Assembly: GCF_030684315.1 (NCBI RefSeq)
Contig: NC_081397.1
Span: 1,054,001-1,118,000, forward strand
Direction of reading: 5' to 3'
Length of the DNA: 64,000 nucleotides
From: Stegostoma tigrinum
Taxonomy: Eukaryota
Position numbers and translations under genes: made by a program. Shown here one piece after another: positions 25,560 through 38,802 of this stretch; the first letter of the stretch is position 1; each line of letters starts with the position of its first letter. Below the pieces are notes generated by a model, which worked only from the letters and a program-made list of their open reading frames with translations, was not told the DNA's origin and ran no database searches.

Positions 25560-27370
25560 TTGAAGGAACAAACAGGTGAATAAGGAAACACTGGCAGTCA
25601 ACAGAAAGGTGGATCCCAATATATTCTACAAATCTGTCAAGGGGAAGTGAATATCCATTTAAAGATTCAGTCCTGTTGAGGTAAAGGGGGCAGTCTGTGC
25701 TTCAACCGGAGCACCTTGGTAGAATGCTAAAATAATTCGTCACAGATGACTTTATTTGGGAGAAGGACGATGAAAGCACAGAATGTTGGAAGATGGACTG
25801 TGAAGTTCCCTATCAGATTGATGTATGAAACGAGGAGGTATTGAAAGGTTTGGCGCATTCAAAAGCTGACAAATACTCAGGTCCGACTAACATGCATCTT
25901 GGGTTGGTCTGGAAGGTAATTACAGGGGGCTGAGCCAAACTTTCCAATCGTCCCCTGCCACAGAAGAGGTGCAAGAGGATACGAGAACAGCTAATGCACC
26001 AGCTTACACTCTCCATGTAATGTGGTAGATAGATACCAGGGAGCTGTCAACCAGGGACCTCATTTAATTTGCACGAAACCTCTTGGGGGATAAAAAGAAG
26101 CATACAATTAATGTACATTTGGAGAAACAAAGTTTGAAATGGAATTCACTGAGGCTTGCCAGAGCGACGGCCTGCCTCAGAAACCTATTGGAATATTTCC
26201 CAGAGGTTACAATGCGTTTAGCAGTTCATGTAGTTGACACAACTTTCCACAATTTCTTTAGCAAGATACCAAATCGGACATCAGGGGAAAACAAATAAAA
26301 TCCATGGTATACAGAATAATTGGGAAAGTTGGATTCAACATTTTTTGCTGAATGACTGGAGGAATGTGGCTATGGCAGAGGCCAGTTTGTGGAACTGGCA
26401 GCAGCGGATGCCACGGTGGTCATCACTGGGTCACTTCAGCTTTGTGATATTCATAAATAATGCAGCTGTCTAGATGAATATTTTGGAGTGTGCTGTGGTG
26501 GGAATCTTTATTAAGTTCATGTATTACACAGACATTGGCCAAGTAATCCCAATGAGGAGGAAGGTATTCGGTGACAGGAGGATATAAACGGTTTGCCAGA
26601 TGCTGGTATCTCTACCAGATGAAATTTAACCCTGACATACATGTGATGATTCAATTTGGAATGAGGGAGAATGAAAGACATTACTGAATGAATGGCCAGA
26701 AATTCGGAATCAGAGAGGAAGAAGGGAATCTGGGGGTGCTTGTACACAGATCCCTGAATGTGGCAAGGGAGGTGAACAGAGTAGTTAATGAGGCACATTG
26801 GATGGTTCCCTTTCTCAGGCATCCTTTAGTGCATACGCGTAAGGAGGTCATGTTTCAGCTGTTTCAGCACTTTGTTTAGGACATTGTTGGAGGACTGTGA
26901 GCAGCAACAAGAAGATTTGAATGCAATGGAGGTTGACCACAGAATATTTACCAGGAATTTGATTGGGATGGAGCTATGTAGAAAGGCTGGATGAGATTGC
27001 ATTGATTCCCTTGGAGAGGAAGATGTTCAAACTGGCCCTTACAATGGCATAGAGATGAGAAGGGACATGGACAGGGGGTTTCCCTTACTCGGAGCTCAAA
27101 CAACAGGGCGTATAATTTTCAAGTGAAAAGTAGAAGGCTTGGAAAGTTTTTCACGTAAGAACGTATTCGCACAGACACTGCTGAGGTTTGGAGCGCTCTG
27201 GCTGGGAGGTTAGTTCAGGAAGGCAACCTCGAAAACATTTAAACATAGTGGACCAGCACTTGAAGTGTTATATTAGCCAAGGCTGTGGTCTAGTCGGAGG
27301 AAGTGGGACTTGTGATAGTTGTCATGTTTCATTGGTCATATGGCCTCTTTGCTACTTCTGCTTTGTATAA
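25560..27370 (+). mobile_element. Decayed CR1-like ORF2 (RT region to 3' end)
   Basis: NLLEYFPEVT..AVHVV; LGHFSFVIFINN; NLGVLVHRSLNVAREVNRVV. Confidence 0.7.
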
Positions 27371-30300
27371 TTCTGCCAGTTCTCTCTCCTGAGTTACAAT
27401 ATCTCACCCACCTCTGTTATCGCATCCCGATCACCTCAATTATTAATTTCCATTTCACTGGGTTGGTCCATCTCAAATCATCATTTCACACTCAGTGAAG
27501 ACACTGCCTCCCGGCATCTTCAATCACTAAGTCCCACTCACCCCAATCAATGCATCTTGATGCTGTCAATTACTGAATCCCATTTCCCTCCATCACTGCA
27601 TTCCACACCTCTCCATCACTGCATCCCATTCTCCTCCAACACTTCATCTCACTTCTCTGTGTCACTGCAGTCGACTCTCTTCAGTCACTTGGACTCTCTC
27701 CCCTCTGTCACAACCTCCCACATCCTCAGGCACGACATTCCATCTCAATGAATCTTTGCACTATATTTCACTCACTTATTCATCTCGCAAGTTTTACCGT
27801 GCTTCAGACGTTTATGTGTTCTGCCAGAATCATTCTTGATCTCTGCTGTGAAGTTAGTTTCCCTTTTTTTTTCAGAATCTTGCTGTTCTCCGGAACATAG
27901 TAATAGCTTCGTATCGTATCTTATTCTGTTTTTGGTTTGTTTATTTGCAAGATGAGGGGTGCATGTAACATTCTGAGAGCAACGCGATACATCTCAGAAC
28001 CTCACTGTGAGTGATTAATAAATTATGATTTACTTGTACAATATCTAGCGTTATAGAAGGGTGTCGGCTTCAGCTCAGACACAACCAAAAACTGGAGCGG
28101 TTCTCAATGATGATGTTTTGGCTACTGTAGCATTTATTCCCATTCCAGTTAAAATAGACGGTCCTGGTTACCTCGCCTTCCCTCACAAAGAGATGATAAC
28201 CTGCAATGAGCGTTTATTTAGTTTAATACAAAAAGGATAAAATTATTGTTGAAAGTGCTGAACAGAGGGTGAGATCTGCTCTGTTAAAATGTGGTAATCC
28301 CATTGAACCAGCCCGTACTCCTCGTGCAACAGTGATCAAATTGCACAACTTTCTCTGGAACCATCCACCCACCAGAACTGAAATAATAATCACACAGTCT
28401 GATCCTGACCTGGTCCCAATTATTACCCGACTCTTAGAATCGGAGGGAGGTCGGAAATCTGTGCCCCCTTTCTTCTCCATCCACTCTCGGCAACGTATGG
28501 CCATGTATCCTTTGTGTATCCTGTTGGCCCTTGCCCCAGTTCCGCACGTTTCAAAGATTTTGCAGAGGATTTAGTGCATAGAAAGTGGACATTGTGCCTA
28601 GAGTTGTATTTTTTTCTGTTGTTCACAGTCACATGAACTGTTCATATTCTCACATCGACATTAATTTATCATCTGGTGCTCTCATGTGTTCATCGAGCTT
28701 CACCCAATTAAACATATGACAGAGATTCACCGAAATCCCCTTCTCTTCGCTTGTGAGACCAACATTCACAGCATTTTGCCAGACAGATAGGTATGTCCAA
28801 AATTCCCCATTGGATTCATGATTAAATCTCTCACATTGATTGTCTCCTTCATGGTTGGCTCAACCAAATAGAAATATATCACAGTGCTCCGAGCAGAGAC
28901 TAACGTGGGAGGATGTAATTTTCACAGTAGGGTCCCCCGCTCCTCGTGTGGATGAACAGAGTGATATGGAGACCAAAACTCAGTGTTGTGCTTCTGGTGG
29001 GGACGTTGAGTATGGAGACAAGAAATATGTACTGTATTCCAGTAGTCATGTGATAAATGTTTTAAATATAGTTAAACAGGATTATCAACAGGCTGTGCTT
29101 TACATTATATACAAATACTACAAATCCTTCCCTCAATATATTCGTGATCTTTTTTTTTTGCAACAGGCAATGGCTTCACAGTCAGTGCTGAATGAGATTA
29201 GTTTAAATTTCCGGAGTTACAAATGGACCGTAACTCCCACCAGCTCTCTCAGAGTGTTTGCCTAGTCCCCAGCACCACCAGTACATTACAAGCACAATCA
29301 CTCTACCATCTTCCCAACCTGCCACAATTATTGGCTGCATTCCAAGAAAGTTCACTCTTTACCTATTCAACCTGAACCATTCCTGTTGAAGGATATTATT
29401 TTCCACTATCCACTCCTTTTAGCCATTCACTTAAACACAGATCGACGCTCCTCCAGGCCTCGTCCAGGACTGTGTGATTCACACACATGGTCAGCGTGTT
29501 TGCTCCCTGGGACTGAATGTCATAAAACACGTTTAATGTTATGTTCATAAGTACCGTGTATATTACATCGCGACATATACTCCCAGGAGCAACAAAACCA
29601 CAACTGATGAAAATGAGAGCAGGAACGAGGGGCTTCAGTGACCTTGACAGATGAAAGTTCCGATTCTGCTCATTGAAGAAGTGGAGGTTGAGTGGAGATT
29701 TGAACAAAGTATTGAAAACCAGGAGGCGTTTAGACAGTGTAATCACCAGAAAACACTCTGATTGACAGAACTGTTGAATACCAGAGAGGAATGATTTGAG
29801 TTGATGAGAGAATAAAGACATTCCAAAATGCAGAAAAAATGTTTCCCGCTGCGATTGAATGGGATCAGGAATGTTAAGCTTAGGAGCCCAGTGGATGCAG
29901 TGTCAATCCAGCTCCATGGGATGGAGTTAGCTTCAGGTCTGTGCAGGAAGGAGTTAGAGAGATTGTGGAAAATTGATCCTTGGGGAATGAATCATTCAGG
30001 GAGGCAGCAGAGTCACGATGTGCAGAATGGCCTCCTTCTCTCCTGTAACCATTCTGTTAGAATCTGTGCATCGTATACGAATGACTGTGAACTCCAGAAA
30101 TTATATATTTGTCTCATTAAGAACAGTTATTATTTTGTCCTTTGTAAAAGAATCAAAGATTTTCGGTGAACATTTCGCAACAATGAAAGAAATTTGACAG
30201 AATTGTGCCCATTCAGTATATTACTCATGAGGATTTTATTCCTTCAGATTATACCCTCTGTTTATTGCAAACCATAACATTTCGGTTTATCACCCCGCCA

Positions 30301-30981
30301 GAACAGTGACATTGTTTGAATAAAGTCACAAATACACCATGGGAGGTGTTGCTGCAGAATTAAAATAAATAAAGAGTGAAGTTTGAATAAATCGCAAGGA
30401 ACTTTCTGATGAAGCTGAGAACCAGCAGCAGAGTGCTCATGTCACTGTGTGATATTCTGGGACCGGGATCACAGAATTACCATTGGAAAATGTCATTGGA
30501 AGAGGAAATATGATGGAAGATAAATTATGGAATGGCCGTTCTTGGATAATTGAGAACAATAATATGAGTGTATGGTCCCTCCATTTTCCCTCATTCGGGC
30601 ATCTGCATGAATAGTGAGATATATCTCTCTGTCCGAGAGGGATGTCTACAGACAGCGTGATATTAACTGTTCTTCTCTATTCACACCTACAGAGTGAACA
30701 CAATCTCTCTCACGTGGATCTTCCAGGTGTATACTTCCTCATATTTTCCAAGTACAAATGTCAGTACTTTGAAGCTGGTTGTTTTTCTGATGTCACACGA
30801 TTTCCAGAACCCCAACTGATTTGAATCCTAGGTTTCTAACAAATAAACTATCCCGCTCAGCTTCTTCTAGTGCATTACTACCCATTACGACTCGAGAAAA
30901 GCTCTAATTGCTAAGATTTGGATCATGACAGGGGAAGTAGTTCGTCCACCGTGGAGCCCTCACAAAACATGTAACTCTTTT

Positions 30982-31107
30982 CTGAGATAATGGGAACTGC
31001 AGATGCTGGAGAATCCGAGATAACGGAGCTGGATGAACACAGCAGGCCAAGCAACATCTCAGGAGCATAAAAGCTGATGTTTCAGGCCTGGACCCTTCAT
31101 CAGAAAA
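30982..31107 (-). mobile_element. Solo PLE tail starting at the hammerhead motif (core 31076-31103)
   Basis: Minus strand TTTT-CTGATGA-A-GGGTCCAGGCCT-GAAA-CATC-AGC followed by the standard tail; no upstream PLE sequence. Confidence 0.85.
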
Positions 31108-31223
31108 GCTTTTATTATGTTTAAATGTTCAACTTTGTTCTTAGTTTTTATTACCAGATATTCAGCTTCCCTTCTGTCCTGGCCTGCTATCCATTATCTC
31201 CTTTGTTACTCACCCCTTTCATA

Positions 31224-31827
31224 TGTTACGGAACGGACCAAACCTCCCAAAAAACAGCAAGGAGATAGCCTGGTCACTAACTTTTATTTTCAGGCAGGTA
31301 AATGGTGCTGCACTCCAGATTTGATTTGAATGGTCAAACTACTGAGCTTTCAGAAAAACACACTTTATCATGACTCAATAATTAAAATGCAAACAAAAAA
31401 ATTGACGTAACTTTAACTCCGCTGAAATATTTAAATAATGTATGAACTAATGCCCATTAACTGATCCAATAAAGCAACATCCCATGAACGCAGCCTGGCA
31501 AAGACTAATCCAGCAATTCAACAGATTCCAGTCCAGGAGAAGGATCAATAACAGGATGAAACCAGCAGCACAGAGGGAGAGTGAGAGAGAGAGAGCTGTA
31601 TCTGGCAGTTTCAATTCCAACAGCCCAATTTCAACAATTAAAAGCAAAATTAAAACCTTGCGTCAGTGTGAGCCTGACTCGGCCGATTCCTGCTTCTTTT
31701 GTTTACGTTAAATAAAATTTACTTACTCCGCTTTTCATGGAGCAGATACCTCAGCACATGCTTCACATCCCCCTCGTGAAGAGAAACCAAACAGAATAAA
31801 TCCCTCTTAAAGGAACACATTGTCACA
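31224..31827 (-). mobile_element. Probable solo LTR nested in a PLE subfamily-B 3' fragment (~31130-32030)
   Basis: Termini TGTTAC...GTCACA; minus-strand AATAAAA; flanks join into a PLE-type tail with a decayed hammerhead at ~31955-31990; no exact TSD. Confidence 0.5.
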
Positions 31828-32549
31828 CGTTTCTCTCTCTCTCTTTCTTTAGTCTCTATCTCCGCCACCTGATCATCCCTTCCTTTCCCCACCACATCAC
31901 CCCACCCCAATCCCAGTCTTCAGGATAAATCCCACTTACTCCCCGATGCTATCAGTTCTGACAAAGAGTCACCAGATTCGAAGCAGTAACTCTGCTTTCT
32001 CCCTCCAGATGCTGTCAGACCTGCTCAGTTTTGAGGGTTTACAGGAAGAATTTCAAAGACAATTCATGATGGATAATGACGGTTGATTTATCCAACAAAA
32101 ACACCAAATTGCAAATCCCGAACTTTCTCCACTGCTACCTTGGGGGCACCGCCTCACTTCCGTCCACACACCGTGCCATCTCTGAGCACAGACAGAATCC
32201 AAAGTGTAGAACCAAGCTTATGCTTCTGCCTCCTGGAACACAATTGCCAGATAATCACCCCCTGAGTGAGACACTGGCCTGCAGGGAGTTCAGACTTTAT
32301 TACATTGTCACTGATCTGCTGTTTCTTGACCCACAGGCATTTGCTCTGTCTGTGGTTGGCACAGATCACACTAGCGTGCACCAACATACCCAGAGTACAG
32401 CTGGAAACTATCGTTTACCATCCATCCAAATGATATTGCAGTTTTAGAATCAGAATTCAAATTGTGCTTTTTCCACATTTTCATTTATATTATCTTGTCA
32501 AACCAGGTATTCAGAAATATAATGTCTTGAATTCAGCAGCCTGCTTGAG

Positions 32550-33830
32550 AAAGACAGGGAGACAGTAAGCGAGAGAGAGAGAGAGAGAGACTGACTGACA
32601 GAGTGATGAGAGAGATAGACAGATAGAGCAAAAATAAATAGAAAGACACACGTAGAGAGAAAGACACACAGGGAGACAGTGAGAGAGGGACTGGGGAGAG
32701 AAAAGATGAAAGAAACAGTGTGAGAGACAGTAGGAACTGCAGATGCTGGAGAATCCGAGATAACAAGGCATAGAGGTGGATGAACACAGCAGTCCAAGCA
32801 CCACCTCAGGAGCAGGAAAGCTGATGTTTTGGGCCAAGACCCGTTTCCAGCTCNNNNNNNNNNNNNNNNNNNNNNNNNNNNNNNNNNNNNNNNNNNNNNN
32901 NNNNNNNNNNNNNNNNNNNNNNNNNNNNNNNNNNNNNNNNNNNNNNNNNNNNNNNNNNNNNNNNNNNNNNNNNNNNNNNNNNNNNNNNNNNNNNNNNNNN
33001 NNNNNNNNNNNNNNNNNNNNNNNNNTGAGAGACAGAGAGGGAGAGTGATATTCAGAGAGGAACAGAGAGTGGTGAGATACAGAGAGAGGCACAGAGTGAG
33101 AGAAAGAGAGGGAGACAGAGACTGAGACAGAGAGAATGATATGTATGTGTGAGAGAGATTGAGAATATGTATTTGACGGAGAGGGAGTCAGTGAGTGAGA
33201 AACAGGCAGTGGGAGAGAGACACTGTGAGGAAAAGAGACAGTGAGAGAAAGAGACAGAGTTTGAGACATAGTGTGACAGAAAGAAAGAGAGAGAGACAGT
33301 GAGACAGACAGTGGGAGAAAGAATGAGACACAGAGAGACAGTGAGAGATCAAAAGTGGAAGTGACAGTGAGAGGAGAGCAATAGTGTGAGAGACACAAAG
33401 TGAGACAGCAAGTCAGACGTAGACACAGAGGGACTCCCAAAGAGGGCAACACAAGGAGAGAGAGATAGATAGACAAACATGACAGGGAGGGGGAAAGAGC
33501 AAGAGGAACGGTGACAGAGAGAAAGGGAGTTTGACACAGACAATGAGAGACACAGAACGAGGGGGAAGGACAGTGAGTGAGAGAGAGAGAGACAGAGAGG
33601 GAAAGAGTGAGAAGTAGGACAGAGAGTGAGTGAGTGAGATAAACAGAAAATTTGTGAGTGAGGGAGTGAGAAATTGAAAGGCTCAGAGAGAGAGGGAGGC
33701 ACTGGCACAGAAAGACAGAGAGAGACAGAGTGCAAGAGAGACGGAGGGAGAGTGGGAGAGAGTGTGATGGAGAGAGGAAGAGACAGAGGCAGAGATCAAA
33801 CCAGATGGAGAAAAACAGCCAGACAGGGGC
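32550..33830. repeat. GA/GACA-rich simple repeat, containing a solo PLE tail (32722-32853, minus) and a 172-N gap (32854-33025)
   Basis: Purine-rich dinucleotide tract; PLE tail GGAACTGCAGATGCTGGAGAATCCGAGATAAC. Confidence 0.9.
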
Positions 33831-33944
33831 ACAAAAAAGATTCACCTGAAACACCTCTTCTCTGAGATAATTCATGGCTCTGCTTGAGTCCTCAATTTAA
33901 GTCACTATCCATGCTGGGCCACTCCTACTTTTGATATGGCCAGA

Positions 33945-35375
33945 CATTTACACTTCTCAAAACAATCTTCTTCGCCAAATGAAATGCGGCATGCTCATCT
34001 GTCTCTGAGGCCAACAGGCAGAGAATGCAATAATTCAGTTGTATTTGCATGTTCCTTTGCTTCGTGCCCATTTGACGACTGAGCTCTGGTGGCTGGTTCC
34101 AGATTGTCCTCAAGGTGAGGCATTTGATCAGTATCCTACATTTCAAAATGTGTGTGTAATTACATAAACTCTAGTTTTTTTTTAATGAGACACATAATTT
34201 CATGTGCAATGCTACTGCCATCTGACAAAATACTGTAAAGTTGAACTCTCCACTGGAAGTGTGTCCTTCCCTCATAAGATCAGCAATACCACGCACTTTA
34301 CTGAAAGGCACAAACCATTTGAAATCTGGCAAGTGGACAACCTGTCAGTGAAGCGTTGCCTCTCCACTGCTCCTGGTAACGCGACAGTCTGTGTGCTCTG
34401 TGGGTTGTATATCTTGCATTTAACTATTTCGTCATTGGTAAAAAATTTAAGTTCTGGTCATGAGCAGAAGCCAAACAATATCAAATCATGGAATACAAGG
34501 GAAGGTAAAGATTGTTGTCAATCAAAGAAAAAGATGTGTGAAGCTGAATTTGGGGGTCTCGGGGCGGTGGCGGGGGGGGCACCATGTGGTGCAGTGGGAA
34601 TAAACAGGTGATTTGAAAAATAGTTTTACATGAAAACAACATGTATAAAGCTTACATTAAAGCCCAGGCATGGGGATTCGGAACACTTTTGAATTCAATA
34701 AAGCGAGACTAACAGAATAATGCATTAAGAGAGAAAACAGCATTAAATTAAACGAGCGAGAGACATAAACATGTCTTTATAAAAGCTTTCCCCTGTATTC
34801 CATGATTAGATCTTGTGGGACTGCTGCTAATGATTAGGACCTAAATTTGTCACAAATGATGAAAGAACTAAAATCTTTGATTTAAGTGGAAGCTGAGCAG
34901 ATACAGAGCACACAGACTGTCCCATTACCAGGAGCAGTGGTGAGGCAACACTTCACTGTCTGGTTGTTCACTTGCCAGATATCAGGTGGCTCTGAGTCAA
35001 GTGCACATTGCTGGTGATCTTATGAGGGAAGGACGTTGCATCGAGTGGATTGATCAACAAAAGAGTGTTCTTTCAGATAACTTGCTTCTCACAATAGCTC
35101 ACACGTAAAATCATTTACGTTGTTTAAAAAAACAGCCAGGTTTTTTGAACAGCTGTTGAATTGTTGGATGCCGAGGTAACGTCTCACCTTGAGGAGAGTC
35201 TGGAACCAGCCACCAGTGTATCATCTTCAAATTATCCCAAAGCAAAGGAACATGCAAATGCAATCAATGTCTTTGTTTTGCACTTTGCATTCTATCCCTG
35301 CTGACATGAGAAACGGATGGATGTGCTGTGGTGAAGATCGTCGGCCAAGAGATTGTTTTGCAAGATGTACTAAAT
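33945..35375. repeat. Diverged inverted duplication (arms ~33945-34505 and ~34787-35375)
   Basis: Colinear reverse-complement blocks, e.g. ACAGTCTGTGTGCTCTGT / ACAGAGCACACAGACTGT, CTGGTGGCTGGTTCCAGA / TCTGGAACCAGCCACCAG, AATCATGGAATACA / TGTATTCCATGATT. Confidence 0.9.
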
Positions 35376-35449
35376 TGGAGGAATGCAAATTTTGACAGTG
35401 TTAGGCAAGAACTTTCAAAAGTGTGTTTAAATATTCACAGGTAAAGGGA

Positions 35450-36560
35450 CACCTGGAAAATGGGAAGGCTTCAAAAGTGAGATGGTGAGAATCCAGAAAC
35501 AGTGTTTTCCTGTTCCCGAGAAGGACAAAGCTGGAAGGGACTGTTGGATGACGGCAGAAATTGAGGCTTTTTCTGAAACAAAGAGGGTTGCAGAGGTCAA
35601 GAATAGACAGCAGGGATCAAGTGAATCCCGAGGAGAGTAGAGAGTCAGTGTATGTAAGTGTCTGTAAGGAGGAAAGCAGGAAGGTGTAAAGGGGAAACAG
35701 GATAGCTTCGGCAAATGAGAGTAAGGAGAATCGAAAGGAATTCCACAAATACATAAGGATAAAAAAGTAACTGGGGAGACAATACGGCTTGTTAAAGATC
35801 AACTTATGTGTGGAATAGGTGGAGACGCAGAGAGATACTAAATGAGTAGTTTGCATCAGTTTTTATTGTGGAGAAGGATATGGAAGCCAGGTAATTTGGT
35901 GAAATAAATAGTGATGTCTTCTTATAAATTCCCACATTACAGCGGAGGAGGTGTTGGATTCCTTAAATGACTGAACGGTGGATAAATCCCCGGGACCTGA
36001 TCAGGTGTCCCCTGGAACTCTGTGGGAAGCTCGGGAAGTGTTTGTTGCGCCTCTAACTGAGGTATTTGTGCCACAGAGTTTGGCTAAAGTGGTGTCACTG
36101 TTTCAGAAACATGGTAAAGAAATTCCACGGAGATATAAATGAGTGAGCCTGACATCAGCGGTGGGCACACTGTTGCAGAAAACCCTGAGGGACAGAATTT
36201 GGATGTATTTGGAAAGGCCAGGATTGATTAGGGTTGGTCAATATGGCTTTGTGCATGGGAAATCGGATCTCACTAACTTGATTGAGTCTTTTGAAGAAGT
36301 AACAAAGTGGATTAATGAAGGCAGAGCAGTTGGTGTGATCTATATGGAGTTCAGTAAGGCATTCAACAAGGTCCTGCATGGTTGACTGGTTAGTGAGGTT
36401 AGATGACGTGGAATACTGAGGGAACTAGCCATTTGGAATCAGAATTGGCTTGAAGGCAGAAGGCAGAGAGAGGTGGTGAAAGGTTTCATTTCAGATTAGA
36501 GACCTGTGACCAGTGGTGTGCCACAGGGATCAGCGCTGGGTCCGCTCCCTTTCATTGTTT
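35450..36560 (+). mobile_element. CR1-like ORF2 fragment (RT N-terminal half)
   Basis: SLTSAVG...QYGFVHGKSDLTNLIESFEEVT...IYMEFSKAFNKV; GGTGTGCCACAGGGATCAGCGCTGGGTCCG encodes GVPQGSALGP. Confidence 0.88.
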
Positions 36561-37284
36561 GGATGTGAGAGTATGACATGAAAATGAGTGATGCATTGGA
36601 CATAGAAACATAGAAAATTGGAGCAGGAGGAGACCATTCAGCCCTTCAAGCTGTGGGATGTTTTATTAGTTTAAGTAACAAAAGGAAACTGGAGAGGATT
36701 GCAGACAGGAGAGGCGGAGAGAAAGACCTCCCAGATTCACAGTGAATTGAATTAAAGTGGCCAATGACATGATTCTCAAATTGTATCATCCTGCCCCCAC
36801 ACGTCGCACATTACTCTAACATAATAACAAGTCTTTCAGGAGAGTTTCACATTAAGGGTTTTAATTTCCACCTTTGGGGGAGCCCTGTCTGTCAGGGGCT
36901 CGCTGGGGGTCTACCTGTTTGTGTCAAATCCCAAGGCCCCAGTTACTTTAACCCCAGGCTTCAAACCTGTTTTAAAGCTGCAAGGCCACAATCCAACAGG
37001 ACCCTGTTAACTAGTGGCCCATAAAAAAAAACAGGGGCTCACAGAAGAAATCAAACCTCGGGGTAATAACCAGAAACAGCTCACATGGACACCGCGGAGT
37101 GTTGCCTGTTGTACAGGCCTCAGGCCTCAGAGCTATGGCTCCCCACTCTTGGAGGATGCTCTTGTACAAAGATCACCCTGTCCCAAAGTCTCTCTCTCTC
37201 TCTTTGGATCTTCTGAATGAACAACAATTCCCTGGGAGGAACAAGACAGGATTAGTTGGGAGACAGCATGAACAGCAGATGGTG

Positions 37285-38305
37285 GAGACAGAATCAATAC
37301 AGGGTGGGGCTGGAGGAACACAGCGGGTCTGGCAGCATCAGAGAAGCAGGAATGTCAACATTTCAGGTCGACAGCCCCCCACCAGGACTGGAGAGGGTGA
37401 AAGGAGCTGGGAAATAACTAGAGGGAGAAGGGGCTGGGCTGGGGAAGGTATGTGGGATGGTGATAGGTGAATGCAGGCAGGGGGCAGTGGGGATTGTGTC
37501 AGTGCAATGGGAGGGCAGAGAGGTGGGAATGAACATCGATGGGTTGTGTCAGGACTAGGGGTTGGGGATGAGAGAGAGTGTTGGACAGAGGATGAGGCCG
37601 GTGGTGGGGAGATTGTAAAATTGGTGAATTCTATGTTGAGGCCATTGGGCTGCCGGCTCCCGAGGTGGAATTTGAGGTGTTGTTCCTCCAGTTTGTGTGC
37701 GGTGTCATTGTGGTAATGGAGGAGGCCTGAGATGGACATGTCACGTGGAGAGTGGGAGGGGGAGTTAAAATGGTTGGCAGCCGGAAGGTGTTGTTGATGA
37801 TAGCGTACAGAGCACAGATGCTCTATGAATTAGTCACAGAGTCTGTGCTTGGTCTCGCTGGTGTCGAGGAGGCCACAATGGGAGCAACAGATACAGCAGA
37901 TCAGTTTGAAGGATCTACGGGTGAACCCCTGTCAAATAAAAGAAAGTTTGCCTGGGGGCTTGGACCGAGGTGGAGGGGGAGGTGTAGGTGAAGCACCTCC
38001 CACGGTTACAGGGAAAGGTACTGGGTGTGGTGGGGCTGGTGGAGAGTGTGGAGTGGATGAGGGAATCACGGAGTGAGTGGTCCCTGTTGACGGAAGGTGG
38101 GGGTGAGGAGGGAAATATCTCTTTGGTGGTGGGGTCGGATTGCAGATCGTCGAAGTGACGGAGGATGATGTGCTGGTTGCGGACGTTGGTGGGATGGTAC
38201 GTGAGGACCGGGGGGATTCTGTCCTCATGTTTGTTGTGGGGAGGGCGTTTGAGGGCAGAAGTGTGGAAATGCAAGAGTTGCTGTTGAGGGCATTGTGGAT
38301 CACAA
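37285..38305 (-). mobile_element. PLE 3' fragment of an older subfamily (GIY-YIG plus decayed hammerhead tail)
   Basis: RIPPVLTYHPTN..IILRHF..LQSDPTTKEIFP; KLEEQHLKFHLGSRQPNGLNIEF. Confidence 0.88.
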
Positions 38306-38614
38306 GGAGAGATGGCACAGCAAGATCCCAGTGATTCCAGTCTCAGCAGAACACTGACAATCTCTCAGCAGCATATCAGTTACAGATTGAGTTTATCTGC
38401 TGGGCTCCTTTCAAAAACTTCAAAAGCGACTAATTTGCTGCTTTGAACACTCACTGCCTGCCACAATGGTATTGCAGACATTGCTGCACAGCAAGATCTC
38501 TGTCAAACAATACAGCAGCAAACAGCCTGATCATCTGATTCCTTTATCCTCTGTGGCACTGCTTAAATGTTCACTGTTTGGAGTAATTCCAGAAATTACC
38601 TCATCTCAAAAGCC

Positions 38615-38729
38615 TCTCTCTGTCTCTCCCTCCCACTCTCTGCCTTTGTCTCTGTCTCTCTCTGTCTCTCTCTCTCTCTGTCTCTCTGTCCCAATCTCTC
38701 CCTCTATCTCTGTTCCCAGAAACACTCAC

Positions 38730-38784
<55 letters not shown>

Positions 38785-38802
38785 ACACAGACACAGACAC
38801 AC
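38615..38802. repeat. (CT)n and (CA)n microsatellites
   Basis: Perfect (CA)n at ~38734-38780 preceded by an imperfect CT tract. Confidence 0.95.

Noticed and set aside
28223-29265. Several 70-140 aa ORFs in non-repetitive-looking DNA
   Set aside because: No recognisable motif or convincing splice structure; cannot be supported without a search.
32511-33875. 454-aa Ser/Leu-rich minus-strand ORF
   Set aside because: Translation of a CT-rich simple repeat spanning an N gap.
34920-34970. miR-200/141-like hairpin (CACTGTCTGGT)
   Set aside because: Lacks the UAACACUG/UAAUACUG 5' end and seed, and the duplicate arm does not keep the motif.
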